Source: Bacteroidota bacterium (GTDB lineage Bacteria; Bacteroidota; Bacteroidia; Bacteroidales; DYOH01). Taken from it: DNA of 64,000 nucleotides. A program made the translations under genes and the position numbers. Within the stretch, counting starts at the first letter, position 1. Each line of letters opens with the position of its first letter. Location: the NCBI GenBank assembly GCA_020048155.1, contig JAIFMY010000025.1, positions 18,026 to 82,025 on the forward strand, written 5' to 3'. Below, one piece after another: positions 39,158-49,655 of the stretch. The notes beneath the pieces are model-generated. The model saw nothing but the letters and a program-made list of their open reading frames with translations, made no database searches and was not told the origin of the DNA.

Positions 39158-39934
39158 GGTGTATTCACCAAAACGCCACAGAAAGGTTTTGTTCAAAAGA
39201 AGGTCAATCTTCCAAAGGTATTTGCGCAGCTTACCCAGGTTGGAATTGATACCGGTATAATACCAAGCCGGATGAACAATGCTGAATCCTTTTTTCTGAA
39301 CCACTGAAAACTCATGGAAGGTGCGCTTTATTTGTGCAGGAGAATAACAATGGCTGGGAAGAAATTTTGTAGGTGAATAGCCACCCCAAACCGGCTTAAT
39401 CCTTCCGAATGCCCTTGCAAACCTGAAACGGATGAATTCAATAAACATGCCGGCGAGGTACCATTTATTTACAAAAGTAAGCACCATCACGCCGTTGGGA
39501 TTAAGCAATTTTTTCAATATTTGCGATACTTCGTTCAGGTTTTCGACAGTATTGAGTGCCCCAAAAAATACATATATTAAATCGAATTGCTGATTGGGAA
39601 ATAGCGCTTCCAAATTCTCAACACTGCCTTTGCGAACAATGATATTCGTGCTTTTGTTCTTCTCTATTCGCGACTCACTTATGCGCACCATTTCCCCGGA
39701 AATATCGATTCCAAAAATTTGTTTTTCAGGGAAAATGTTAGAAAAATGGACCAAATCCAATCCTGTGCCGCAACCAATTTCGAGTATGGCGGTACTGTCA
39801 AATCGCTTCACTTCTTCGCGAAAAGCTTGCCTTATTTGCTGCAAAACCGGGTTACTCCAGTATCGCGAATCAAAATCGGATGCATCGTTATCGTAATAGT
39901 TCCCTACTTCTGTATAATATTTCGAGTTCATCAT
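39137..39934 (-). CDS. class I SAM-dependent methyltransferase
   Basis: Motif I ILEIGCGTGLDL. The 3' end overlaps the SDR gene by 21 nt (convergent). Confidence 0.8.
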   Translation of the reverse strand: MMNSKYYTEVGNYYDNDASDFDSRYWSNPVLQQIRQAFREEVKRFDSTAILEIGCGTGLDLVHFSNIFPEKQIFGIDISGEMVRISESRIEKNKSTNIIVRKGSVENLEALFPNQQFDLIYVFFGALNTVENLNEVSQILKKLLNPNGVMVLTFVNKWYLAGMFIEFIRFRFARAFGRIKPVWGGYSPTKFLPSHCYSPAQIKRTFHEFSVVQKKGFSIVHPAWYYTGINSNLGKLRKYLWKIDLLLNKTFLWRFGEYTLFVFKK

Positions 39935-39938
39935 ATTT

Positions 39939-41393
39939 TCATGTGTTTAACTTCAATTCGTAATTGGCCGCCAACCAAGCGGCAAACCCCCAAAAAAGGA
40001 AAGCCAATTTATCGGTATTCAGAAAATTGTTAAAAGTTGCATGAAACAAATAGGTGGACAAGACTGCAAAAGCAATGAGAATGTTTTTTCGTTGCGGATG
40101 AATACCTACTTTTTCGAAAGCAATCCAAAACCAACGGCCAAACAGCAAAAGTAGCGCTACAAATCCGAAAATCCCCATTTCGCTCAACGCCAACACGTAT
40201 TCAGAATGCGCTGTTCCGCCCGAATTTTCGGGAATATGCCAATGATTTTTGACTGTGAGCCTGTTCATCAATTTTGGATGCTGATATGGAATGTATTCAA
40301 ATTGGTAAGTTCCGGGGCCAAATCCTGTAAATGGCTTTTCCTTAGCCATTTCAACACCAGAATACCAGCGGTTAAGCCTTTCCACATTCGAGATATCGGT
40401 TGTAATATTTGCTGAAGATTCAATTCGATCTATATAATTTGAGTTAGAATCGTGAGAAATATTCTTGTTTGAATATACCCATTGAATCAGTTTATTCTGG
40501 TAAAACCCTATGAACAATATTCCCAGTAAAATAGCAACTGTGATGTGTTTTACCCTGACACGGACTTTAATCGCAATGTATACAAAAACGAAAAATACAA
40601 CACTCAAAAAAGCAGCCCTGCTAAAGCTGAGAATGACACCACCCAAGAAAACAATTCCGAATGCCATAAAAAGTAATTTAAGTTTTGCTGTGTTTGCTTT
40701 TGTGGCAAATAATAACCAAAACGCACTAAGTAAGGCACTAGCAGCTCCAAATATGGTGTGATCTTTATAAAATGGACGAAATATGCCTTTCACAGTTACC
40801 GGATTCCAATTAAACTGCGAAAACTGGTAAACCGAAAACGCTATAATCAATAAGTGTGAAATAGAAAACACCAAAATAAGTGTGGGGAAAAATTCAGGTC
40901 TATTCTTGAAAAGCAATTTGAACCAAAGAAAAAACACCAACATATAGCTCAGGTTAATAATCGTATATTTTGCAGAGACCAACATGATGGATGAAAAAGC
41001 AAGTGAAACTAAAAAACTTATTAGAAATGGAATTATCCATTTGCTTTCACCATTGAATAGCTCACGCATAAGTGATGGTTTTCTTAGCATATCCCAACCC
41101 AACACAAAAATTGCAATGGCAAGCATTGGCTCGCCGGGTATGAATATTTTCACGGAGTCGGTAATAGAAAATTCAAATGAAAACGGCAAGAGAAAAGCAA
41201 GAATCAAGAAAAAATAATGGTGTAAATGAAGCCGAGAAATTATCCATGAAATGAGTGTGAGAAAAAGCATACCCGCAAATACGGTAATGAAAAATGATTT
41301 TTGAGTATATAAAATGGTGATGGCCACAATGACTGGGGTCAAGCTTAAAAAGATGATTTCAAAGGATTTGTTATATAGTTTTTCTGTTGTCAC
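39939..41393 (-). CDS. O-antigen ligase / Wzy_C-like polytopic membrane protein
   Basis: 484 aa with at least 10 hydrophobic helices and a large loop. SFSRAAFLSVVFFVF is a Wzy_C-type region. Confidence 0.7.
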   Translation of the reverse strand: MTTEKLYNKSFEIIFLSLTPVIVAITILYTQKSFFITVFAGMLFLTLISWIISRLHLHHYFFLILAFLLPFSFEFSITDSVKIFIPGEPMLAIAIFVLGWDMLRKPSLMRELFNGESKWIIPFLISFLVSLAFSSIMLVSAKYTIINLSYMLVFFLWFKLLFKNRPEFFPTLILVFSISHLLIIAFSVYQFSQFNWNPVTVKGIFRPFYKDHTIFGAASALLSAFWLLFATKANTAKLKLLFMAFGIVFLGGVILSFSRAAFLSVVFFVFVYIAIKVRVRVKHITVAILLGILFIGFYQNKLIQWVYSNKNISHDSNSNYIDRIESSANITTDISNVERLNRWYSGVEMAKEKPFTGFGPGTYQFEYIPYQHPKLMNRLTVKNHWHIPENSGGTAHSEYVLALSEMGIFGFVALLLLFGRWFWIAFEKVGIHPQRKNILIAFAVLSTYLFHATFNNFLNTDKLAFLFWGFAAWLAANYELKLNT

Positions 41394-42237
41394 GTCGAAT
41401 TATTTCAAATACCAAAAGCAATAGTAGATAGATAGCTGCACCAGCTCCCATCAAGAGACCACGCTTAGGCCAGATTGCTTGAGATTCGGGAACTGCCGAA
41501 GAAATAACATATGCTGCCGGAAGCGGGGTGTCGAAATTCTTTTGTTCGAGTTCATATAATCCTTTTCGGGAAGTTAGTTCCTGAAGCTCCAAATTGAGCA
41601 GCGTTAGCATTTTTTCGTACAGATAGTCTTTTTTTATTCCGCGAGGGGTTTCCATCAACGAATCCAATGACTTTTCGAGGTTCGATACCTCAATAGATTT
41701 TTGTTTGTAAAGACTGCTGGCATATCGCATGGATTCCTGCCGGTTTGGGAAGAGCAATTCTTTTTTAATCAATTCACCAAGCACAACTATATCATTGGCA
41801 ATATCAGCAGCGCGTGTTGCATCATTGTCGCGTACCCTAATTGAAACCGAACCATACCGTGTTTTATCAATTGCTATTCGCGATTCTATTTTTCGATACA
41901 CCTGATTTTTTGCATCAACATCAGAACTATCAATTTTAAAATAGTGTGCGAGATCATACCTTTCAATCAGGCTATCGGCCAATTGGTTCGATTTGAGAAT
42001 CTGAATATACCAATCGATCTCCCGGTCGCTTGCAAATCCGATTCCGTGTTGGTTCAACTGCTGTGATAAAATTGTAAGTGGCACATAAACTATTGCTTCC
42101 GATTCGCGAAGTGGTTCTATTACCCAAGGCGAAGTGACCATAAAAACAAGCAATGCACAGGCAATAGAACCAATTGCAGCTTTTTTGACCATTTTTTTCT
42201 GCCATAACCACGAAAGGTCATCTACATTTTTATCCAT
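41371..42237 (-). CDS. Wzz-like chain-length-determinant-type membrane protein
   Basis: Trimmed to Met24 (MDKNVDDLSWLWQKKMVKKAAIGSIACALLVFMV). It has an N- and a C-terminal TM around a coiled periplasmic region, and it overlaps the next gene by 23 nt. Confidence 0.6.
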   Translation of the reverse strand: MDKNVDDLSWLWQKKMVKKAAIGSIACALLVFMVTSPWVIEPLRESEAIVYVPLTILSQQLNQHGIGFASDREIDWYIQILKSNQLADSLIERYDLAHYFKIDSSDVDAKNQVYRKIESRIAIDKTRYGSVSIRVRDNDATRAADIANDIVVLGELIKKELLFPNRQESMRYASSLYKQKSIEVSNLEKSLDSLMETPRGIKKDYLYEKMLTLLNLELQELTSRKGLYELEQKNFDTPLPAAYVISSAVPESQAIWPKRGLLMGAGAAIYLLLLLVFEIIRRDNRKTI

Positions 42238-42471
42238 ACTCGGGCTTTTGGGTTCTTTATAAAGGTGTGGGTTGCATAAAAATAAACATACTTGCATGAA
42301 AAACAATATGCAAACTGAAAGATTATTTGAATTGGCTTACAGCATACATGCTTCATGTTTTTCAGACAGCATTCAGAGAGAAGCGAGTAAGTGATTGGTT
42401 CAAAAATTTTGTTCTTACATGAGAAGACCGCTCGAATCATTCATATACTTAGCAACGCTTGCAGGCATTGC

Positions 42472-45400
42472 CTAGGCAATTTTAATGCCTATCACCAGCA
42501 CGTCATCGGTTTGCTTATAACTGCTTTTCCATTCATCAAATTTATTTTCGAGCAGTTGCTTTTGATCGTTTATAGGCAAGGTGAAAATTTCGGATAGCAT
42601 CTCTCTAAAATATTTTGTTTTCAGAGGCCTGTCTTTCATCCCGCCAAATTGAGAATGGAACCCATCTGAAAACAAATACAAAACATCGTCCTTCAGCAAT
42701 TGAAACTTATGCTCGGTAAATGGAATTTCATTTACATAAACACCCACCGGTTGTCTGTTTGCAGACAATTCAATTGGATTATTAGTTTCGGAATTTCGAA
42801 ATATCCAACACGGATTATAAGCTCCAGCGTAACTCATTTCCTTGGTTTCTATATTTATTGCACAAATGGCAATATCCATTCCGTCTTGTCTATCGTTTTC
42901 CCGGCCAGAATTGTGGAGTGAAGACTTGATTTGTTGACGCAACTCGTTAAGCAAATGCGAAGCAGTTATAATTTCCGGCTTTAGAACCAATTCATTCAGT
43001 ATGGCAATGCCCAGCATACTCATAAAAGCACCAGGCACTCCATGGCCTGTGCAGTCGGCAGCAGCTATCAGGGTTGTATTTTTGATTTGTTTAATGAAAT
43101 AAAAATCTCCACTTACAATATCACGGGGTTTAAATATAATGAAATGCTGAGGCAGTATCATATCAATCCACTCCTTATTAGGCAATACTGCGGTTTGTAT
43201 CAAACTGGCATAATTTATACTTTCGGTTATGTGTTTGTGCGACTTTTCAATTTCTTGTTTCTGTTGGTTTACAACTTCAAGCGTAACCAGTATTTCTTCT
43301 TTTTGCTGATTTACTACTTCCAGTGTCACTATCAATTCTTCTTTTTGCTGGTTCACTACTTCCAGTGTCTGTATGATTTCTTCTTTTTGTTGCTGCAGTT
43401 CTTCGTTCTTCTCTATTATTTCATGGGTTCGTTCCTTTACAATTTGTTCTAAATGTTGCTTTTGAGCTACGAGACGTTTGGTATATATTTTTAAAATTAC
43501 AAATCCGAAAGCAATAAAAGCCAATACATACAAAGTATAAGCCCACCAGGTGCGGTGTATGGGCGGAAGTATACGAAATGCATATGATGCGGTACTTCCG
43601 ACAACCCTGTACTGATTTTTTGAACGCACCTCAAAAACGTAATCGCCTTCAGACAAAAGGGTGTACTCCTTTTTAACATCACTTACCCAAGCAGACCAAG
43701 TAGTATCCAATCCAAGCAAACGATAACTATACTTATTCCGTTCGGCATCTTCAAAAAAAGGAGCTGCAAAATGAAACACCAAATTGTTCTGGCTATAAAC
43801 CAATACACTTCCATCTTCACTTTCCTGCATTGAAATATCTAGCGGTGCACCACCGTATAGCAAACTGTCGCTTGCAAAAACATTTCGAATTAAGGTTTGA
43901 AAAGGTTTATTGTAATCTCTATTCAATGTAGGATTGTACTTGAGTATACCTTTCTCTGTGGCTATATACACCGCACTGTTGTTTCCCAAACAAAAACTAT
44001 ATGGGCCTACAGCAGGAAAGTCGGTAAACTTATAAAAAGCTTGTTTAAATAGTTGATATTTCCCATTGCGATGCTTCAGCACTCCAGTTTCAAAAATACG
44101 AGGTCCGGTTTCTTCCTGAAACCAAATGTCGTTGTTTTCTAATTGTTGAAATGATACTACAAAACCGCTGAGCATATCAAAATCGGGATGAATTTCAAAG
44201 GTTTGGCTATCCGGAAGATATCTGTACACACCTTTTTCGGTTCCAAATACTACTTCGCCCGAATTGAGTACAAATGGTGAGACATCGTTGCCAGGCAAAC
44301 CCTGTGCTGAAGTACAATGCATTTCTGAAATTACACTATCTGAGGTTTCGTTAAATTTCAACCTGTATAAGTCGCCAAATGTATACGCCCAAATGATATC
44401 ATTTTTGTCATGAACTACTTTATATACAGTTTTAGTAAACCCCGAAATGTAATTCTTTATCTTCCATGTATTTCGTGTATATTCCAATACATTGATGCCG
44501 TTGCTAAAACCAGCTAACATATAATTTGAATTCTTGCCATACTCGCATATGTCAAGGAACTCGGCATTCGATATTATTGGCAATGCTTTATTCCCTTTTA
44601 TTTCAAACAATCCGTTTAAGTGTGCCAAAAGTAGCTTCCCATGCATAGGATACAACTGCCAGTTCTGATTTTCGGTTCCGGCTATGGCTTCGAAATTACC
44701 ATCAGGTTTCAGTACGCACAGATACTGGCCTGTACCAACGTACAAATGATTGTCAAAGTAATTTATACTTATGGCTACGCCCTTCAGATTGTTCTTCTCG
44801 GTATATTGCTGGAATGGCAAATTATTTTGCACCAATGATATTCCATTGTCGGTAGCAGCCCACAGGAGATCGTTATTGTCTGAGTAAACTGAATTTACCG
44901 AATTGTCTTGCAATCCATTGTCTGTATTGTAAATAGCCTGAATAGCGCCAAGTTTATCAAAAACAATAATTCCACCCAATAGGGTACAAAGTGCATAAGA
45001 GTTGTTATGTATAGTGGTACCTCCGTACAATACATTTTTAGTCAGGAAATTATCTACAACACTAAATCCCTTTGGTTTGTATGACTTATTCTCGAGCAGC
45101 GAATAAATCCAGACACCTTGCGTGCTTGTAGCTATCAGTATTTCATTTTGTGAATATGGCCACATGGAAAGGATGCTTTCTTTTGCAAATTGATCGAGTT
45201 GAGCAACCAATTGCAAGCTGTCATTTTCGTATTTTGTAAGGCCGTTTCCTTCATCCCATACATAAAAAGTATTGTTGATTACAAATGCGAAATGGAAACT
45301 TATATTAGGATTAATTACAGTGAACTTCTCATTGTGAAGTACAAAAATTTTCTCATAGGCCTGAAAGAAAATGCGGTTTCCGGAAATAATTATTTTATAG

Positions 45401-45777
45401 ATGTCATTAAAATCTTGGTCTTGTGGTGCAATCTTATCTTTGAGCGATTTATACTGAAACCTACCTAAACTGTCGGTTTGCAAGTACCCAAAATCGCCAG
45501 TCATCCCTACGTAAATTCTTCCATTATTGTCTCTTGCAAGTGAGCGCACAAGAGAAACTGTTTCAATGAGTCGCCAGGTAATGCCATCAAATTCGAGTAC
45601 ACCTTCATTATTCGCAAAATACATCACGCCTCTATTGTCTTGCACTACATCCCAGTTTTGCCCACTTCCTTTATATATATCGGGCGGAAAATTGGTAATA
45701 AACGGAATTCCATTTTGCTGCCCAAAAACCGATAGTTGCAAGTAAAACAGTATTATAACTGCTGTAAGTTTATTCAT
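42472..45777 (-). CDS. two-component-regulator-propeller (Y_Y_Y) sensor fused to PP2C/SpoIIE phosphatase
   Basis: 1101 aa. Domain order: signal, beta-propeller repeats, Y_Y_Y-like Ig region (YSYRLLGLDTTWSAW), TM, coiled coil with repeats, then SGDFYFI ... AADCTGHGVPGAFMSM ... DGMD ... SDGFHSQ. Confidence 0.85.
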   Translation of the reverse strand: MNKLTAVIILFYLQLSVFGQQNGIPFITNFPPDIYKGSGQNWDVVQDNRGVMYFANNEGVLEFDGITWRLIETVSLVRSLARDNNGRIYVGMTGDFGYLQTDSLGRFQYKSLKDKIAPQDQDFNDIYKIIISGNRIFFQAYEKIFVLHNEKFTVINPNISFHFAFVINNTFYVWDEGNGLTKYENDSLQLVAQLDQFAKESILSMWPYSQNEILIATSTQGVWIYSLLENKSYKPKGFSVVDNFLTKNVLYGGTTIHNNSYALCTLLGGIIVFDKLGAIQAIYNTDNGLQDNSVNSVYSDNNDLLWAATDNGISLVQNNLPFQQYTEKNNLKGVAISINYFDNHLYVGTGQYLCVLKPDGNFEAIAGTENQNWQLYPMHGKLLLAHLNGLFEIKGNKALPIISNAEFLDICEYGKNSNYMLAGFSNGINVLEYTRNTWKIKNYISGFTKTVYKVVHDKNDIIWAYTFGDLYRLKFNETSDSVISEMHCTSAQGLPGNDVSPFVLNSGEVVFGTEKGVYRYLPDSQTFEIHPDFDMLSGFVVSFQQLENNDIWFQEETGPRIFETGVLKHRNGKYQLFKQAFYKFTDFPAVGPYSFCLGNNSAVYIATEKGILKYNPTLNRDYNKPFQTLIRNVFASDSLLYGGAPLDISMQESEDGSVLVYSQNNLVFHFAAPFFEDAERNKYSYRLLGLDTTWSAWVSDVKKEYTLLSEGDYVFEVRSKNQYRVVGSTASYAFRILPPIHRTWWAYTLYVLAFIAFGFVILKIYTKRLVAQKQHLEQIVKERTHEIIEKNEELQQQKEEIIQTLEVVNQQKEELIVTLEVVNQQKEEILVTLEVVNQQKQEIEKSHKHITESINYASLIQTAVLPNKEWIDMILPQHFIIFKPRDIVSGDFYFIKQIKNTTLIAAADCTGHGVPGAFMSMLGIAILNELVLKPEIITASHLLNELRQQIKSSLHNSGRENDRQDGMDIAICAINIETKEMSYAGAYNPCWIFRNSETNNPIELSANRQPVGVYVNEIPFTEHKFQLLKDDVLYLFSDGFHSQFGGMKDRPLKTKYFREMLSEIFTLPINDQKQLLENKFDEWKSSYKQTDDVLVIGIKIA
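43261..43389 (-). repeat. in-frame tandem repeat, 3 copies of a 42-nt (14-aa) unit inside the PP2C sensor coiled coil
   Basis: The units are at about 43264-43305, 43306-43347 and 43348-43389. They encode QQKEE[IL][IL][QV]TLEVVN three times. Confidence 0.85.
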
Positions 45778-45805
45778 TGTATATCAAGCTTTTGATTGCC
45801 TGCAC

Positions 45806-45813
45806 CAAATCTA
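45806..45813 (-). promoter_or_regulatory. candidate -7 box for propeller-PP2C gene
   Basis: CAAATCTA on plus equals TAGATTTG on minus, 29 nt upstream of the ATG at 45777. A second exact box is at 45836-45843 (CAAACATA). Confidence 0.4.
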
Positions 45814-46149
45814 TGACAGGAACTTGTTCTTTAGCCAAACATACGAAGTTTTCGGCTATATGAGATATTTTTAGTGCTAATAATTGTGGTATAAACTCAA
45901 TTATATTAGTATTCTGTGCATGAATGCCAGTATCTTATTGCATTTCTGACTCGTCCTGAAAATAGTTCACATATTAATTAATAAATCCTATGATACATTT
46001 ACAATTCACTTTTAATCCTAGAGATACTTTACAATGGTACATTTCATTTGAAAATATACCCGACCATTATTTGCAGTCACATATTTACACGAAATCTTGC
46101 ATGTTTCCGAAATTGGGGTACAACCTATCTAGGAGACCTATATCTTTTG

Positions 46150-46194
46150 TTTAAATCAAAAACCCCTTACAGCAATATATAGCTGCAAGGGGTT
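46150..46194 (-). terminator. Rho-independent terminator of menB
   Basis: AACCCCTTACAGC 46161-46173 pairs with GCTGCAAGGGGTT 46182-46194 (one mismatch). In minus sense it is followed by TTTGATTTAA. Confidence 0.7.
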
Positions 46195-46228
46195 CTTATT
46201 TGAATCAGATTAACAGCGTTTTTGCAAA

Positions 46229-47050
46229 TCAAGGAAATTTAGGGAACTGCTGAAAATCGGGATCCCTTTTCTCCAAAAATGCATTTTTACCTTCTTGTGC
46301 TTCTTCCATGAGATAAAACATGAGCGTAGCGTCGCCGGCCATTTCCATAATACCAGTCTGGCCATCGAGTTCGGCATTCAGACCACGTTTTATCATACGC
46401 AATGCCATAGGGCTTCGCTTAAGCATGATAAGAGCCCACTCTATAGTAGCATCTTCAAGTTGCTCAAGGGGTACTACCCTATTTACCATCCCCATATCTT
46501 CCGCTTCTTTGGCAGTATATTGCAGGTTGAGGAACCATATTTCGCGTGCCTTTTTCTGCCCTACGTGGCGGGCTAGGTAGCTGGAACCAAATCCGGCATC
46601 GAAACTGCCCACTTTTGGACCTGTTTGCCCGAATTTAGCATTTTCTGAAGCCACAGTGATATCGCACACTACGTGCAAAACATGTCCTCCGCCAATGGCA
46701 TATCCATTCACCATGGCTATTACAGGTTTAGGCAGTGAGCGTATACGCTTGTGCAAGTCGAGTACATTCAGGCGCGGAACTCCACTTTCGTCGATGTAAC
46801 CACCTATGCCTTTTACATTTTGATCGCCGCCTGAGCAGAAAGCTTTTTTGCCTTCGCCGGTTAGTATTACCACGCCTATATCCTGGCGTTCGCGGCATAT
46901 ATCAAATGCATCGAGCATATCTTTTACAGTTTGCGGACGAAATGCATTCATCACTTCGGGGCGGTTGATGGTTATTTTGGCAATACGCTCAAAATACTCA
47001 AACCTGATATCCGAATACTCTTTAATTGTAGTCCAATTGCGTGTTGTCAT
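46229..47050 (-). CDS. menB: 1,4-dihydroxy-2-naphthoyl-CoA synthase
   Basis: [11 protein letters not shown] ... [21 protein letters not shown] ... [18 protein letters not shown]. The ATG overlaps the menD stop (ATGA). Confidence 0.95.
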   Translation of the reverse strand: MTTRNWTTIKEYSDIRFEYFERIAKITINRPEVMNAFRPQTVKDMLDAFDICRERQDIGVVILTGEGKKAFCSGGDQNVKGIGGYIDESGVPRLNVLDLHKRIRSLPKPVIAMVNGYAIGGGHVLHVVCDITVASENAKFGQTGPKVGSFDAGFGSSYLARHVGQKKAREIWFLNLQYTAKEAEDMGMVNRVVPLEQLEDATIEWALIMLKRSPMALRMIKRGLNAELDGQTGIMEMAGDATLMFYLMEEAQEGKNAFLEKRDPDFQQFPKFP

Positions 47051-48753
47051 ACGGTAGGTTTTATTTTATTGAAATAATGTTTCAGAATTTGTGCATTCAT
47101 CATTCGCGGTGTGTGCACCACTAAAAATAAAGGCTTCTCGCGTGGCGCTGTCATCAGTTTCAATTGTTCGCTCAATTCATCCTGATTGTTGGCACTGATA
47201 CAATCGAATCCATACGACTGCACCATTTGTTCAATATTTACATGATGCGGAGTTTCAAAAAAATCTTCGAGCACCGACGTAGTATCCGGACCTGGAATAT
47301 ATCGGAAGATACTGCCTCCTTGGTTGTTTATGATCACAACCCTCAGATTTGGGCCCAGATAGTTGTTCCACAATGCATTTGAGTCGTAGATAAAACTTAT
47401 ATCGCCAATAATGAGCCAATTGGGAGCATCATCCGCAAATGCGTATCCGATTGCAGTACTCACACAGCCATCTATACCACTTGTACCTCTGTTAGAAAAA
47501 CAGAAATTGTGCCCGGGCATATGAAACAATTGTCCATATCGGACTGGTGTACTATTGCCAAGGTGAATATTAGCATCTGCAGGAATGGACTTGAATAAGG
47601 TATGAAACACTTTCAGGTCCGACCACTGAATATCAGGCATAAGCTTGTTGTGCAACTCAAGTGTATTGGTATCCAGCAAATTCCATTCGGCTGCATAAGC
47701 ACTTTCTACTTTCACATCCAAAGCATTTACATACTCAAAAAAATGAGACATTTCCACTACAAAATGGTGTGTAAGCATCTGAAAAGTGTCCGAAATAGAG
47801 TCCGCAATTTCGATATGCCAATGCTCAGCAGGTGGAAATTCTCTCAAATAGGTTTTTATACGTTTGCTCACCAAATTTGTACCTACGGTTATAAGCAAGT
47901 CCGGTTGCAACATTTGTGCAGCTTGCGGGCTCAGCGAGGTTATCATACGGTCGATACCGGTGCGAAATAGTGGATGAAACAAATTAGATGTAGATTCGGT
48001 AAAAACTACCACAGAGGGCAAAGCCGCAAACTTGAGTAATCCTGATGCCAAACCCTCTGCTAAATTTGGGGAAAGCGTTCCACAAAGTACCATTACCTTG
48101 CGGGTATTTTTGAGTGTATCGTTTACTTTTAATTTCTGAGCAGATGTAAGCATAAGCTCAGGAGTCTGCTCCTGTATAATTCGCAATTTGTGATATCCCC
48201 CATCGGTTTGCCCATAAAGTGGCTCACGCAAGGGCACATTCAGGTGCACAGGTCCACGACGCGGATGCATACACAAGTTGAAAGCCTCATTGGCAACACG
48301 GTTGGCATACCATATGTCAGACTGAGAATCACTTACAGGAAGTTGCCACCATGCCTTACAAAAATTGGCATACATATGCTGCTGCCTGATGGCCTGCCCA
48401 TCGGCTTGGTCTATCCATTCTGCCGGACGATCTGCGGTGATGGCTATTAGTGGTATTTGTTGGTAAAAAGCTTCGGAAAGAGCAGGAGCCAGGTTGAGTG
48501 CTGCTGTACCGCTGGTACAAATAATGGCGACTGGTTCTTGCAGGCGATGCGCCAGCCCCATGGCAAAATAGGCTGCACTGCGCTCGTCTACTATGGAATA
48601 AGTCTGAATTCCGGAATGTTGTGAAAACGAGATGATAAGCGGTGCATTGCGCGAACCGGGTGAGATTACAGCGTGCCTGAGGCCTTTGGCTGCCAGCACT
48701 TCGGTTAATTCGCGAACAATTGCCTTATCTGAAGTTTTGAATGTCATCAACAC
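47047..48753 (-). CDS. menD: SEPHCHC synthase (2-succinyl-5-enolpyruvyl-6-hydroxy-3-cyclohexene-1-carboxylate synthase)
   Basis: ThDP-enzyme layout with [18 protein letters not shown] and [12 protein letters not shown] ... [10 protein letters not shown]. The track start at 48753 is a GTG, and ATG 48747 is an alternative. Confidence 0.9.
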   Translation of the reverse strand: MLMTFKTSDKAIVRELTEVLAAKGLRHAVISPGSRNAPLIISFSQHSGIQTYSIVDERSAAYFAMGLAHRLQEPVAIICTSGTAALNLAPALSEAFYQQIPLIAITADRPAEWIDQADGQAIRQQHMYANFCKAWWQLPVSDSQSDIWYANRVANEAFNLCMHPRRGPVHLNVPLREPLYGQTDGGYHKLRIIQEQTPELMLTSAQKLKVNDTLKNTRKVMVLCGTLSPNLAEGLASGLLKFAALPSVVVFTESTSNLFHPLFRTGIDRMITSLSPQAAQMLQPDLLITVGTNLVSKRIKTYLREFPPAEHWHIEIADSISDTFQMLTHHFVVEMSHFFEYVNALDVKVESAYAAEWNLLDTNTLELHNKLMPDIQWSDLKVFHTLFKSIPADANIHLGNSTPVRYGQLFHMPGHNFCFSNRGTSGIDGCVSTAIGYAFADDAPNWLIIGDISFIYDSNALWNNYLGPNLRVVIINNQGGSIFRYIPGPDTTSVLEDFFETPHHVNIEQMVQSYGFDCISANNQDELSEQLKLMTAPREKPLFLVVHTPRMMNAQILKHYFNKIKPTV

Positions 48754-48759
48754 GTATTT

Positions 48760-49083
48760 TCAGGCAAATGTAATGAAAGTTTGGTATTTGGCATAAGCAG
48801 GCAACCGTTTAATGTAATGCACGGCTATGTTGCCTGACATCGGATGTACGAGGTTCGAATTCTCGATTATTGTTCTGTGGTACACAAACACATATAATAT
48901 ACAAAACAAAGGCGGAAATATGGGTTGGAATGTTCCCTGATAGACAATGAAGTAAAAAACTGTATATGAAGCAGCAACAAAAAGTATTGTTATTCTGATA
49001 GAATTTTCCTGAAACGAGGTACCATTTGCTGATACATGCCCGCATATAAAACAAAAATTTCGTGCGAAACATAAAGCAGACAC
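48760..49083 (-). CDS. doubtful small hydrophobic ORF upstream of menD
   Basis: 107-aa ORF with two hydrophobic stretches and no recognisable motif. A second frame is also open here, and a candidate menD promoter lies in its 3' end. Confidence 0.2.
   Translation of the reverse strand: MSALCFARNFCFICGHVSANGTSFQENSIRITILFVAASYTVFYFIVYQGTFQPIFPPLFCILYVFVYHRTIIENSNLVHPMSGNIAVHYIKRLPAYAKYQTFITFA
48765..48772 (-). promoter_or_regulatory. candidate -7 box for menD-menB
   Basis: CAAATGTA on plus equals TACATTTG on minus, 12-18 nt upstream of the menD start candidates. This implies a very short leader. Confidence 0.35.
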
Positions 49084-49187
49084 GAAAAGTTGTGTGGTTA
49101 ATAGGTATAAGGATTTTTTCGGCTTAGTTACTACGCAAAAACACTAAGTGTCAGATTTTCAAATTCTAACAAGTAGGTTTGTTGCAA

Positions 49188-49221
49188 TAAAAAAAAAGGC
49201 TACCATAAATTGGCAGCCTTT
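49188..49221 (-). terminator. Rho-independent terminator of RRM gene 1
   Basis: AAAGGCTACC 49195-49204 pairs with GGCAGCCTTT 49212-49221 (one mismatch). In minus sense it is followed by a U9 run. Confidence 0.7.
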
Positions 49222-49245
49222 TTGTATATCTGAAAATCTTAATTA

Positions 49246-49524
49246 CTATCGGTTGTTGCTAAAATTTTCTCTGCGACGGTTTCCGTCAAATCCGTTTGAA
49301 CTAACGATGATGGTTTTTTCCATAATCTCTGCACCATCGAGTTCATCAATAGCTTGTTGAGCGTTGCTATCGTCAGGCATTTCTACAAAGCCATAACCTT
49401 TAGAGCGACCTGTTTCGTGGTCCATGATAACTTTAGCTGAGTCAACTTTGCCATATTCTTCAAATAATTGGCGTAATTCTTCGCTTTGAACTTTGTAGTG
49501 GAGATTGGTAACAAAAATGTTCAT
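49246..49524 (-). CDS. RRM-domain RNA-binding protein (short C-terminal tail)
   Basis: RNP-2 is IFVTNL and RNP-1 is KGYGFVEM. 92 aa. Confidence 0.9.
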   Translation of the reverse strand: MNIFVTNLHYKVQSEELRQLFEEYGKVDSAKVIMDHETGRSKGYGFVEMPDDSNAQQAIDELDGAEIMEKTIIVSSNGFDGNRRRENFSNNR

Positions 49525-49647
49525 AAAAAAATGTGATGAAATAATTAATAAAATTTACTGCCGTGATGTATCGATTTGTTAGCAGTGAGTATTCTCTCGG
49601 AAGGAAAAAATCATCATCAATGAAATACGATATCTACTTTAGTGGTG

Positions 49648-49655
49648 CAAAGATA
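49648..49655 (-). promoter_or_regulatory. candidate -7 box for RRM gene 1
   Basis: CAAAGATA on plus equals TATCTTTG on minus. It predicts a leader of about 117 nt. Confidence 0.45.

Noticed and set aside
43261-43389. A regular 42-nt repeat that could be mistaken for a short CRISPR-like array.
   Set aside because: The units are contiguous with no spacers, are in frame inside a 1101-aa ORF, and encode heptad-compatible coiled-coil units. There are no cas genes in the window.
45778-46228. A 450-nt ORF-free spacer upstream of the propeller-PP2C gene, as a possible sRNA or mobile-element remnant.
   Set aside because: It holds only two candidate -7 boxes for the sensor gene and the menB terminator. 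I found no long inverted or direct repeats and no structured core.
48849-48865. A tRNA-like T-arm, CGAGG-TTCGAAT-TCTCG.
   Set aside because: I tried to build the rest of a cloverleaf. The anticodon-stem positions (ATGTT versus ATCGG) and the acceptor strands (ATTATTG versus upstream sequence) do not pair, so this is not a tRNA.
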